Below, piece by piece: positions 8,678 to 16,415 of a stretch of DNA of 27,160 bases. Each line of letters opens with the position of its first letter. Within the stretch, counting starts at the first letter, position 1. The notes under the pieces were generated by a model. That model had not been told where the DNA came from, did not search any database, and saw nothing but the letters and a program-made list of their open reading frames with translations. Made by a program: the position numbers and the translations under genes. The DNA comes from Candidatus Bipolaricaulia bacterium (lineage in GTDB: Bacteria > Bipolaricaulota > Bipolaricaulia > RBG-16-55-9), in NCBI GenBank assembly GCA_042219045.1, contig JBDGQO010000010.1:37746-64905 (forward strand), read 5' to 3'.

Positions 8678-9706
8678 TCAAACCCGTTCCGGCGTCTTGG
8701 TGGCGACGTAGTGGGCCAAGTCGACCACGCGCCTGGCGTAGCCCCACTCGTTGTCGTACCAAGCCAGCACTTTGACCGCCCGGTCGCCGAGCACCATCGT
8801 CATGCCGGCGTCGACGAGCGAGGAGTAGCCGCTGCCGATGACGTCGCTGGAGACGAGCTCCTCGTCGCTGACGCCGAGGATGCCGCGCAGTTCGTCCCTC
8901 TCAGCGGCTCGCCGGAAGGCGTCGTTGACCGCCTGCTCGTCCGCTACCGACCGTTCCGTGTGGGCCACGAAGTCGACAATCGAGCCCGTTCCCACCGGCA
9001 CGCGCATCGCCATGCCGTCCAGTTTCCCCTCGAGTTGGGGAAGCACCTCCGTCGTTGCCACGGCCGCGCCCGTGCTCGTCGGCACGACGTTGAGCATGCC
9101 GGAGCGGCCGCGACGCCACTTTTTGTGCGGCGCGTCCACGATGGCTTGGGAGGACGTGACGGCGTGCACGGTCGTCAACAGACCGGATTCGATGCCGAAG
9201 GCATCGTGAAGGACCTTGGCGACGGGGGCGAGGCAGTTCGTCGTGCAGGAGGCGTTGGAGAGGATCTGATGCTGCTCGGGGTCGAAGTCGTCGTGGTTGA
9301 TGCCCATGCAGATCGTGGCATCGGGGCCCTTGGCCGGCGCGCTGATCAGCACACGGTCCGCGCCCGCCTGGAGGTGCTTGGCCGCGTCGTCGCGTCCCGT
9401 GAAGACGCCGCTTGACTCGATGACGAGGTCCACGCCGCGGTTTGCCCAAGGCAGCTCGGCGGGATCTTTGACGCTCAAGAACTCCACCTCATGCTGGCCC
9501 CAGCGGAGCGTGCTGTCCTGGGCCTCGACCTGGGCGTCCGGCTTGGGTTGGACGGAGTCGTGCCGCAACAGATAGGCCAGGTTGTCCAACGGGGCGACGT
9601 CGTTGATCGCCACGACGTTCAGATCGTGGTCGCTGTTTTCCATCAGTTGGCGAAATGCGAGGCGGCCAATGCGGCCGAAACCGTTGATGGCGACGTTCGT
9701 GCTCAT
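8678..9706 (-). CDS. gap: type I glyceraldehyde-3-phosphate dehydrogenase
   Basis: VAINGFGRIGR, SNASCTTNCLAP, TSTGAA, MRVP and WYDNEWGY; AAGGAGG RBS 10 nt before ATG 9706. Confidence 0.96.
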   Translation of the reverse strand: MSTNVAINGFGRIGRLAFRQLMENSDHDLNVVAINDVAPLDNLAYLLRHDSVQPKPDAQVEAQDSTLRWGQHEVEFLSVKDPAELPWANRGVDLVIESSGVFTGRDDAAKHLQAGADRVLISAPAKGPDATICMGINHDDFDPEQHQILSNASCTTNCLAPVAKVLHDAFGIESGLLTTVHAVTSSQAIVDAPHKKWRRGRSGMLNVVPTSTGAAVATTEVLPQLEGKLDGMAMRVPVGTGSIVDFVAHTERSVADEQAVNDAFRRAAERDELRGILGVSDEELVSSDVIGSGYSSLVDAGMTMVLGDRAVKVLAWYDNEWGYARRVVDLAHYVATKTPERV

Positions 9707-9783
9707 TCGGGGCATCCCTCCTTGCGAATCGCGAAACGTCTTCGCGGATGAGCGTCCACAAAGCGCTGATCTCTGGCGTCGTC

Positions 9784-9812
9784 AGCGTAGGGGATCCATG
9801 GCGCGTTGGCAA
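9784..9812 (-). promoter_or_regulatory. sigma70-type promoter of gap-pgk
   Basis: TTGCCA-17-TACGCT. Confidence 0.6.
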
Positions 9813-9858
9813 TGTGTGAGATCAACCCAATATGCGCAGGGAGCAAGCGATGACTGGG

Positions 9859-9887
9859 TTGGCTTGGCGGATCGTCTCGATTAAAGT
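9859..9887 (+). promoter_or_regulatory. sigma70-type promoter of the MDR oxidoreductase gene
   Basis: TTGGCT-17-TAAAGT, divergent from the gap promoter. Confidence 0.55.
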
Positions 9888-9956
9888 CAGGGCCGTTCAA
9901 CCTGGCGGCGAAATTGTCACCGCACCGCGGACCAAACGGACCAAAGGAGGGTTATC

Positions 9957-10907
9957 ATGCAAGCGATCCTTATGCGCGATTTTGGCGGCCCAGAGGTCTT
10001 CGAGGCCCAGGACATCGAGCCCCCCGAGCCCGGCGCGCAGGAGGTGCTTGTGCGCGTCCATGCCAGCTCAGTCAACCCCGTTGACACGAAGATCCGCCAG
10101 GCCGGCACCTGGGCCGTGGATCCGCCCGACGTGATCGGCTACGACGTCTCCGGCGTCGTCGAAGCTATCGGGGACGAGGTGACCGACTTTCAGACGGGCG
10201 ATGAGGTCTTCTACACGCCGGAGATCTTCGGGGGCGGCATGGGCAGCTATGCCGAGTATCACGCGGCCGATCAAGCGATTGTGGCGCGCAAGCCGACGGG
10301 CCTCTCGCATGCGGAGGCCGCGAGTCTTCCCTTGGCAGGCGGCACGGCGTGGGATGCGTTGGTCACTCGCGCCGACGTGCAGCCGGGCGAGACGGTGCTC
10401 ATCCACGGCGCGGGCGGCGTCGGCTCGCTCGCGATTCAGATCGCCCGAGCCGCCGGCGCACGCGTGCTGTCTGTCTGCAGCGACTACATGCGCCAGACGG
10501 CCCAGGAGCTCGGGGCCGATCGGGCCATCGACTACAAGTCCGAGGATTTTTCGTCGATCGTCGAGGCCGAGACGACCGGCACCGGCGTCGACGTCGTCTT
10601 CGACACCATTGGTGGCGATGCGCTCGCGACCAGCATCCCCGTCACCAAGCCACATGGTCGCTTCGTCACGATCTTGGGGCCATCGGGCGATCTCGGCCCG
10701 GCCTATCTGAAGAACATCACGCTCCACTTTCTGTTCCTGGAACGGGCCCGCTACAAGCTCGACGGGCTGCGGGCGCTTGTCGAGCGCGAACAGCTTCGAC
10801 CTGTCGTCGACTCCACAGTGCCATTGACCGAGGTTGCCGACGCCCATCGGCGCGTCGAAGCAGGGGGCGTGCAGGGCAAAATCGCGCTTGAGGTTGCGTC
10901 AGACTGA
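9957..10907 (+). CDS. MDR-family NADPH:quinone oxidoreductase (zeta-crystallin-like, zinc-independent ADH fold)
   Basis: SVNPVD, GYDVSGVVEAIG, GSYAEY, VLIHGAGGVGS and GKIAL; no zinc-ligand cysteines; AAAGGAGG RBS. Confidence 0.9.
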   Translation: MQAILMRDFGGPEVFEAQDIEPPEPGAQEVLVRVHASSVNPVDTKIRQAGTWAVDPPDVIGYDVSGVVEAIGDEVTDFQTGDEVFYTPEIFGGGMGSYAEYHAADQAIVARKPTGLSHAEAASLPLAGGTAWDALVTRADVQPGETVLIHGAGGVGSLAIQIARAAGARVLSVCSDYMRQTAQELGADRAIDYKSEDFSSIVEAETTGTGVDVVFDTIGGDALATSIPVTKPHGRFVTILGPSGDLGPAYLKNITLHFLFLERARYKLDGLRALVEREQLRPVVDSTVPLTEVADAHRRVEAGGVQGKIALEVASD

Positions 10908-10915
10908 CGCGGCAC

Positions 10916-11543
10916 TCAGGCCGTCTCGACTTGATCCCGCGTCGGCGGCACATGAACTCCGGCCCGACCGGATCGTCAATGGACTCGTCGAGGATGCGGT
11001 CGACCTTGGCGAGGGCCTCGTCGTCGAGCGACCACCCCATGACGTCGGCGATCGGTTCGATCTGCTCGGGCCGGAGCGCGTTCCAGAGTGCGATCTCGAC
11101 GCCGCGATCGAGGATCCAGCGGGCGGCCAGGTGGATGGCCCGCTTGCCGGCGTCATCATGCGCAAAGCGGTCGAGCCGCTCGTTGGCCTCGAGGTCCTGC
11201 TCGTGGTGTGAGGCGCTTGGAATTTGGGGTCGAACTGACGGAGGTTGTCACCCGTGAGCCGACTGTTGGCCGCCACCTTGCCCGTCATCTTGCCCGTCAG
11301 AAGCCCGCGGCAGAGCGCGCCGTAGGTGAGCAGCGCGATGCCCTCGTTCTGACAGTAGGGCAGTACGTCGTCATCGATCTCGCGGTCGAAGAGGTTGCAC
11401 GGCGGCTGGCAACTCGCCAGCGGCGCGGCCTCGCGGACGGCGTCCATCTGCTCGGGCGCGTAGTCGCAGACGCCGATCGCCTACGTTCCCAGGCCGATCC
11501 GAGACGATTGCAGGTCCAAATTGCCAATTTGCGCCGTCTCCAT
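10916..11543 (-). pseudogene. aldo-keto reductase (YhdN/GSP69, AKR11B-like) pseudogene
   Basis: METAQIGNLDLQSSRIGLGT*AIG carries a TAG at 11481-11483 and is fused directly to VCDYAPEQMD...QPPCNLF...YGALCRGLLTGKM. Frameshifts near 11207 and 10950 restore HLAARWIL...DPVGPEFM and PPTR. About 130 codons are missing. Confidence 0.9.
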
Positions 11544-11558
11544 GGCGCTCATCTCCGC

Positions 11559-12188
11559 TCAGCGGTCGTTGATCGATGACGGCCCTCTTCCCGTTTGGAC
11601 CAGCCGTTCAATGGCCTGATGGACCTCATCCACATGGGAAGCAAGGGCATCGCAACGCCCTCGGAACTGATCCGGATCGTCGCTAATGATGATCAGATGG
11701 CCGATGCCCGCATCGCGGGCCGCGCGCACGTCGAGCTCGTTGTCGCCCACATAGACGAGACGTTCGGGAGAACAATCAATGCGTCGCGCGGCTTCGGCAA
11801 GCGGCTCGCCCGAGGGCTTATACACCCCGTCGTCGCGGGTGACGACCGCCTCGAAACATAGCCTGTAGCGATCGAGCACGAGGTCGGCGTTGCGGCGCCG
11901 GTTGTTCGTGACGAGCGCCCGCTTGAGGCCGAGGTCGGCCAGGCGCTCAAGCAACGCGGGAACGCCGTCTCGGAGGCACCCGTTGTCGGTCGCCTCGTCC
12001 TCAACGCTCACCAAGAAGCGCTCGAGTTCCGCTCGCTCACCGTCTTCCAGTGATTGGAGGTAGTCGAGGATCGAGCCGTCAGGATAGGTCATGCCGAGTT
12101 GGGCCTTGATCCACGGCCAATCGTAGTCGGCGTCGAAGAGCGTGCCGTCCAGGTCAAAGAGCACGCCGTCGTATTGTGCGATCGGCAT
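11559..12188 (-). CDS. HAD-family hydrolase (phosphoglycolate-phosphatase-like)
   Basis: FDLDGTL, VTNN, YKP and VGDNELD motifs. Start is ATG 12188 or GTG 12191. Confidence 0.88.
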   Translation of the reverse strand: MPIAQYDGVLFDLDGTLFDADYDWPWIKAQLGMTYPDGSILDYLQSLEDGERAELERFLVSVEDEATDNGCLRDGVPALLERLADLGLKRALVTNNRRRNADLVLDRYRLCFEAVVTRDDGVYKPSGEPLAEAARRIDCSPERLVYVGDNELDVRAARDAGIGHLIIISDDPDQFRGRCDALASHVDEVHQAIERLVQTGRGPSSINDR

Positions 12189-12268
12189 CACCGGATTCAA
12201 GCGTACTGGGCCCACGACGGATCTGCCACTCGTCCGTCAAGCCGCATCCGTCTTGCGCATCGGGCCGC

Positions 12269-12625
12269 TCAAGCGAGCAGCCGCGCCGCGGTGGCCAAGT
12301 TGGTGGCCAACGGGATGTCATGGACGTTGCACAGGCGCAGTAGCATCTGGATGTCGGGCTCGTGAGGATGGGCATAGAGCGGATCCATCAGAAAAATCAC
12401 GGCGTCGATCGCTTCCGTCGCGACTTGGGCCGCGATTTGGGCATCTCCGCCGTGTGGGCCCGAGAGCATGACGTCGACATCCAGGCCGACGTTCTCGCGG
12501 AGCTCGGCTCCCGTATGGCCAGTCGCCACAATTCGACACTCGAGCAGGAAATCTCGACGACGTTCAGCAAACCGAACGAGGTCATCCTTTTTGCGATCAT
12601 GGGCGATCATGGCTATCTTTCGCAT
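12269..12625 (-). CDS. mgsA: methylglyoxal synthase
   Basis: IAMIAHDRKK, ATGHTG, SGPHGGDAQI, DPLYAHPHEPDI and ATNLATA; 118 aa. Confidence 0.95.
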   Translation of the reverse strand: MRKIAMIAHDRKKDDLVRFAERRRDFLLECRIVATGHTGAELRENVGLDVDVMLSGPHGGDAQIAAQVATEAIDAVIFLMDPLYAHPHEPDIQMLLRLCNVHDIPLATNLATAARLLA

Positions 12626-12674
12626 GACGTGGCCTTTCTGGACTCGCTTGGCGATGCAACGGCTCGGGATCCGT

Positions 12675-13823
12675 TCACGGCAGCGCGTCGAGGAGCCGTT
12701 CGATGTCGTCCCATGTGTTGTAAAGATGCGGCGACACGCGAACCCCATCGCCCCGCTGCGAGACGATGACGGACTCTTGCTGCAGGCGTTCGTGGAGCTC
12801 GGCGGAGTCGCGCTCGGGATGGCGGAAGGTGACGATGCCGCTGCGTTCAGCGCGGGAGCCGATCGGCGTGATCAGCTCGTAGCCCCGATCCACGAGCGAG
12901 GTGATCAGGCCATCGGTGAGCGAGAGGACGTGTTTTTCGATGTTGGCAATGCCGACCTCCTGGAGGAGCGTCACGCTCTGCATGAATCCGACGAGGCTCG
13001 GCCAGGACAGGGTTCCGGCTTCAAAGCGCGAGGCCGTGTCGCTGAGCGGCAGATCGTAGTTGAAGTGGTCATCCGGATCGACGGTGCTGAGCCAGCCGTA
13101 GGTCCGCGGATTCAACTCGTCGAGCAACTCGCGCCGGCAATAGAACATGCCCGCTCCGATGGGGCCGAGCAGCCACTTGGCGCCGCCGGCGGAGAGAAAG
13201 TCGATGCCCATATCGCCGACGTCAATGGGCAGCACGCCCGCACCTTGGATGGCGTCCACACAGAACCGAACCTCTCGCTCGTGGCAGAGCTGGCCCAAGT
13301 CGGCGAGGCGGTTGCGGAACCCCGTATGGAACTCCACATGGCTGAGTGCCAGCAGCCGGGTCCGCTGGTCCACCACGGCCGCTACGTCGTCGACGCGGAC
13401 ACGGCCATCGCGCGTGGGGACGCGGCGGATCTCGATGCCTCGTTCGAGAAGCGTCTGCCAGGGGTAGACGTTCGCGGTGAACTCCGTCTCGGCCGTCACG
13501 AGGACGTCGCCCGCTTGCCAAGGCAATCCGAGTGCCACCAACAATAGCCCTTCGCTCGTGTTACGCGTGAAGGCAATTTCATCGGGCCGTGCGCCGACCA
13601 GCCGAGCCATCCGGACGCGATAGTCGGCGAGGACGTCCTCGTGAAGCACGGCTTGGGTGCCCCCGGCCTCCCAATCGGCGATCCATTGACGGACAGCATC
13701 CGCCGTTCGACGGTTGAGCGGCGAGGCCGCGGCGTGATTCAGGTAGGCGTAACGGTCGGTGACCGGAAATAGCTTACGCAAAGCGTCGCTACCGGGTATC
13801 AGCGTCCGGGACGATCTGTTCAT
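12675..13823 (-). CDS. class V PLP-dependent enzyme (C-S lyase/EgtE/cystine-lyase-like)
   Basis: YLNHAAASP, FTRNTSEG, VDAIQG, GGAKWLLGP (PLP Lys), RFEAGT and RVSPHLYN. Start is uncertain. Confidence 0.85.
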   Translation of the reverse strand: MNRSSRTLIPGSDALRKLFPVTDRYAYLNHAAASPLNRRTADAVRQWIADWEAGGTQAVLHEDVLADYRVRMARLVGARPDEIAFTRNTSEGLLLVALGLPWQAGDVLVTAETEFTANVYPWQTLLERGIEIRRVPTRDGRVRVDDVAAVVDQRTRLLALSHVEFHTGFRNRLADLGQLCHEREVRFCVDAIQGAGVLPIDVGDMGIDFLSAGGAKWLLGPIGAGMFYCRRELLDELNPRTYGWLSTVDPDDHFNYDLPLSDTASRFEAGTLSWPSLVGFMQSVTLLQEVGIANIEKHVLSLTDGLITSLVDRGYELITPIGSRAERSGIVTFRHPERDSAELHERLQQESVIVSQRGDGVRVSPHLYNTWDDIERLLDALP

Positions 13824-13961
13824 GATTCCGGGTGGTGCGGCTTGGCCCCCTGGCACCTCATGACCGCTCGAGTCGTTGTTGTCCTCATGAGGATGACGAT
13901 AACATATCGGACAGTCGCGGCTGACCACGACGGTTGGCCGGTCCCTTTCGACCGGAAGGTC

Positions 13962-14378
13962 ATGATACGCTATCAGAGTTCAACGGATGGCACCTTCGCG
14001 GAGGACCTTCAAGGCTTCTTTATGGACTGGGGCTGGCCCAATCCGCCCTCCCCGGAAACCCATCTAAGGATTCTGCAGAACAGCGACTATGCATTCTTGG
14101 CGTATGACGACGAGGCGGAGCGCGTCGTTGGATACATCAACGCGATCAGCGATGGGGTGCTGAGCGCCTACATCCCGCTGCTCGAAGTGCTGGAACCTTA
14201 TCAAGGCCAAGGGATCGGCAGCGAGCTGGTCCGGCGAATGCTCGATCAACTGGAGGGGCTCTACATGATCGACGTGATGTGCGATCCGGAGTTGGAACCG
14301 TTCTACGCGCGGTTCGGGTTCACGCCCGGATTCGGCATGATGGTTCGCAACTATCGCCGGCAATCGGGTCCGGTCTAA
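13962..14378 (+). CDS. GNAT-family N-acetyltransferase
   Basis: GWPNPPSPETHL, AISDGVLSAYIPLLEV..YQGQGIGSEL and PFYARFGF. Confidence 0.88.
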   Translation: MIRYQSSTDGTFAEDLQGFFMDWGWPNPPSPETHLRILQNSDYAFLAYDDEAERVVGYINAISDGVLSAYIPLLEVLEPYQGQGIGSELVRRMLDQLEGLYMIDVMCDPELEPFYARFGFTPGFGMMVRNYRRQSGPV

Positions 14379-14385
14379 CCGCGCT

Positions 14386-15717
14386 CTAACCGCGGTCGAC
14401 CGCGTTGCCCAGCCGCTCTTGGATGATCTCGTGCAGCATCGCGCCCTGCTCGTCCAAGTCGTACATCACCCGCGTGGTCGGGACCTCAAAGTCGACGAGG
14501 CGCGTCAGGTCGATCGGCGTGGCGATGACGACGGCCTCGGGCTGGGCGTTCCGAATCGTCGTCTGGAGATCCTGGATCTGTTGATCGCTGTAGCCCATTG
14601 CCGGCAGCACTTCCCGGACTTGCGGATGCTGCTCGAACGTCTCGCGGATGCTGCCCACGGACGCCTCATAGGGGGAGATGATCGCTTGGGCCCCGTGCTG
14701 CTCGGCTGCGACCGTGCCCGCGCCGTAGGCCATTTCGCCGTGGGTCAGCGTCGGGCCGTCCTCAACCACGAGGACGCGCCTGCCCTCGATGACGCTCGGA
14801 TCGTCGACCGTGATGGGCGAGGCGGCCTCGATGACGAGCGCGTCGGGGTTGTGTTCCTGGATACTCTGCCTGACGGATTCAACATCGGATCGCGCGGCGG
14901 TGTCGACCTTGTTGATGACGACCACGTCGGCCATGCGCAGGTTGACCGCGCCCGGATAGTAGGCCAGTTCATGACCGGCGCGGTGCGGATCGGCGACGAC
15001 GATGGAGAGATCGGATTGGTAGAACGAAAAGTCGTTGTTGCCGCCGTCCCAGAGGACGATGTCTCCCTCACCCTCGGCTTGTCGGATAATCCGCTCGTAG
15101 TCGATGCCGGCGTAGACGAGGTTGCCGCGGTTCAGGTGGGGTTCGTACTCCTCGCGTTCCTCGATGGTGCAGTCGTGCTTGTCGAGGTCGTCGTCGCTGG
15201 CAAAGCGCTGCACGATCTGCTTGGTGAGGTCGCCGTAAGGCATGGGATGACGGATCACGACGGTCGCCATGTCCATGGACTTGAGGGCTTCGGCGACGCG
15301 TCGGGTCGTCTGGCTTTTCCCCGATCCCGTTCGCACGGCGGTCACCGAAATCACGGGTTTCGAGGAGGAAAGCATCGTCGCGTAGGGGCCGAGCAGCGCA
15401 AAGTCGGCCCCGGTCGCCATCACCGTCGAGGCGCGGTCCATCACGTGCTGATGGTTGACGTCGCTGTAGGCGAAGACGACGAGATCAACGTCATGTTTCC
15501 GGATCAACCGAGGGAGATCCTCTTCGGCTTCGATGGGGATGCCGTCGGGATAGCGATCTCCCGCCAGTTCTGGCGGGTACTGGCGACCCTCGATGTCCGG
15601 GATTTGGGCGGCCGTAAACGCGACAACGTCGTAGTGCTCATTGTCGCGGAAGAACGTGTTGAAATTGTGGAAGTCGCGCCCGGCGGCGCCCATGATGATC
15701 GTCCGCTGCGGTGCCAC
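14386..15717 (-). CDS. arcE: arginine synthetase ArcE-like P-loop protein (COG2403; often annotated as cyclic 2,3-diphosphoglycerate synthetase or GTPase)
   Basis: MGAAGRDFHNFN, TAAQIP, AVRTGSGKSQT, RHPMPYG, TIEEREEYE, WDGGNND, EDGPTLTHG and LPAMGY; GTG start after GAAGGAGG. Confidence 0.75.
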   Translation of the reverse strand: MAPQRTIIMGAAGRDFHNFNTFFRDNEHYDVVAFTAAQIPDIEGRQYPPELAGDRYPDGIPIEAEEDLPRLIRKHDVDLVVFAYSDVNHQHVMDRASTVMATGADFALLGPYATMLSSSKPVISVTAVRTGSGKSQTTRRVAEALKSMDMATVVIRHPMPYGDLTKQIVQRFASDDDLDKHDCTIEEREEYEPHLNRGNLVYAGIDYERIIRQAEGEGDIVLWDGGNNDFSFYQSDLSIVVADPHRAGHELAYYPGAVNLRMADVVVINKVDTAARSDVESVRQSIQEHNPDALVIEAASPITVDDPSVIEGRRVLVVEDGPTLTHGEMAYGAGTVAAEQHGAQAIISPYEASVGSIRETFEQHPQVREVLPAMGYSDQQIQDLQTTIRNAQPEAVVIATPIDLTRLVDFEVPTTRVMYDLDEQGAMLHEIIQERLGNAVDRG

Positions 15718-15761
15718 GATGGCCTCCTTCCGATAGGCGGGCAAGGTCGGTCCGAGCCAAG

Positions 15762-16238
15762 TTACCCGGCTGATTGGATGTCCAGAATGCGGTAGCGTTG
15801 CGCCCCGCTCGGCGAGTCCACGGTGACCTCATTGTCGCGGGCGTAACCGATGATGGCGGCCCCCAACGGCGACTGTGACGAGACCGGCATGGGCCCGTCC
15901 GGCGGTGCCAGGCTCAGATCCGCCACGACGTAGACCTCGAGCTCTTCGTCGCGTTCGAGGTCCCTCAGCTGGACGATCGTGCCACTGCGGACGGTCTGAG
16001 GGTGCCCGTCGTCGTCAAGCGGCTTGGCTTGGCCGAGACGGCGTTCGAGCTCGCGGATCTGGCTTTCCAGGAAGGCTTGCTTCTCCTTGGCGGCATGGTA
16101 AGCGGCGTTCTCGCGCAAGTCGCCTTGGGCCTTGGCCTCGCGAATCTCCTGGGCGACCTCCAAGCGCTGCTTTTCCAGGTCGTCGATGCGCTGCTTCAGC
16201 GAGGCGATCTCGGAGCGACTGAGATAAAGCTCGTCCAT
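15762..16238 (-). CDS. greA: transcription elongation factor GreA
   Basis: Coiled coil with AKAQGDLRENAAYHAAKE; C-terminal SPLGAAIIG. Confidence 0.93.
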   Translation of the reverse strand: MDELYLSRSEIASLKQRIDDLEKQRLEVAQEIREAKAQGDLRENAAYHAAKEKQAFLESQIRELERRLGQAKPLDDDGHPQTVRSGTIVQLRDLERDEELEVYVVADLSLAPPDGPMPVSSQSPLGAAIIGYARDNEVTVDSPSGAQRYRILDIQSAG

Positions 16239-16248
16239 GGCTTTGATC

Positions 16249-16277
16249 AGCGTATGGCATCCGCAAAAGCCTGTCAA
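16249..16277 (-). promoter_or_regulatory. sigma70-type promoter of greA (near-leaderless)
   Basis: TTGACA-17-TACGCT, 10 nt before the ATG; no SD. Confidence 0.7.
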
Positions 16278-16377
16278 GATGCCGATCGGCTACTGTAGCG
16301 GTCCGGCTTGCAGCTGGGACAAGCTCGGCTCAGCTTGCCATTCAAGGTTCTCGTCCCTCCTCAGAGGGCGGTCGAAA

Positions 16378-16406
16378 TTGCAAATGGGGCGTCCATTGCC
16401 TATCCT
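16378..16406 (+). promoter_or_regulatory. sigma70-type promoter of the mutS2 operon (near-leaderless)
   Basis: TTGCAA-17-TATCCT, 9 nt before ATG 16416; no SD. Confidence 0.65.
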
Positions 16407-16415
16407 GCAACGCAC

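Noticed and set aside
9928..9945. CGGACCAAA direct repeat before the oxidoreductase RBS
   Set aside because: Only two 9-nt copies with no array or known motif.
13915..13960. Possible guanidine-II (mini-ykkC) riboswitch because of an ACGA in a two-hairpin leader
   Set aside because: ACGA is not a tetraloop closed by a stem, and the second hairpin has no ACGR loop.
14386..15717. cDPG (compatible solute) synthesis linked to the nearby pgk and gap
   Set aside because: The motifs fit the ArcE-like subgroup better, and no 2-phosphoglycerate kinase gene is in the window.
16280..16375. Small hairpins between the greA and mutS2 promoters as a possible ncRNA or tRNA
   Set aside because: No cloverleaf or T-loop, the stems are only 5-6 bp, and the region lies upstream of both promoters.
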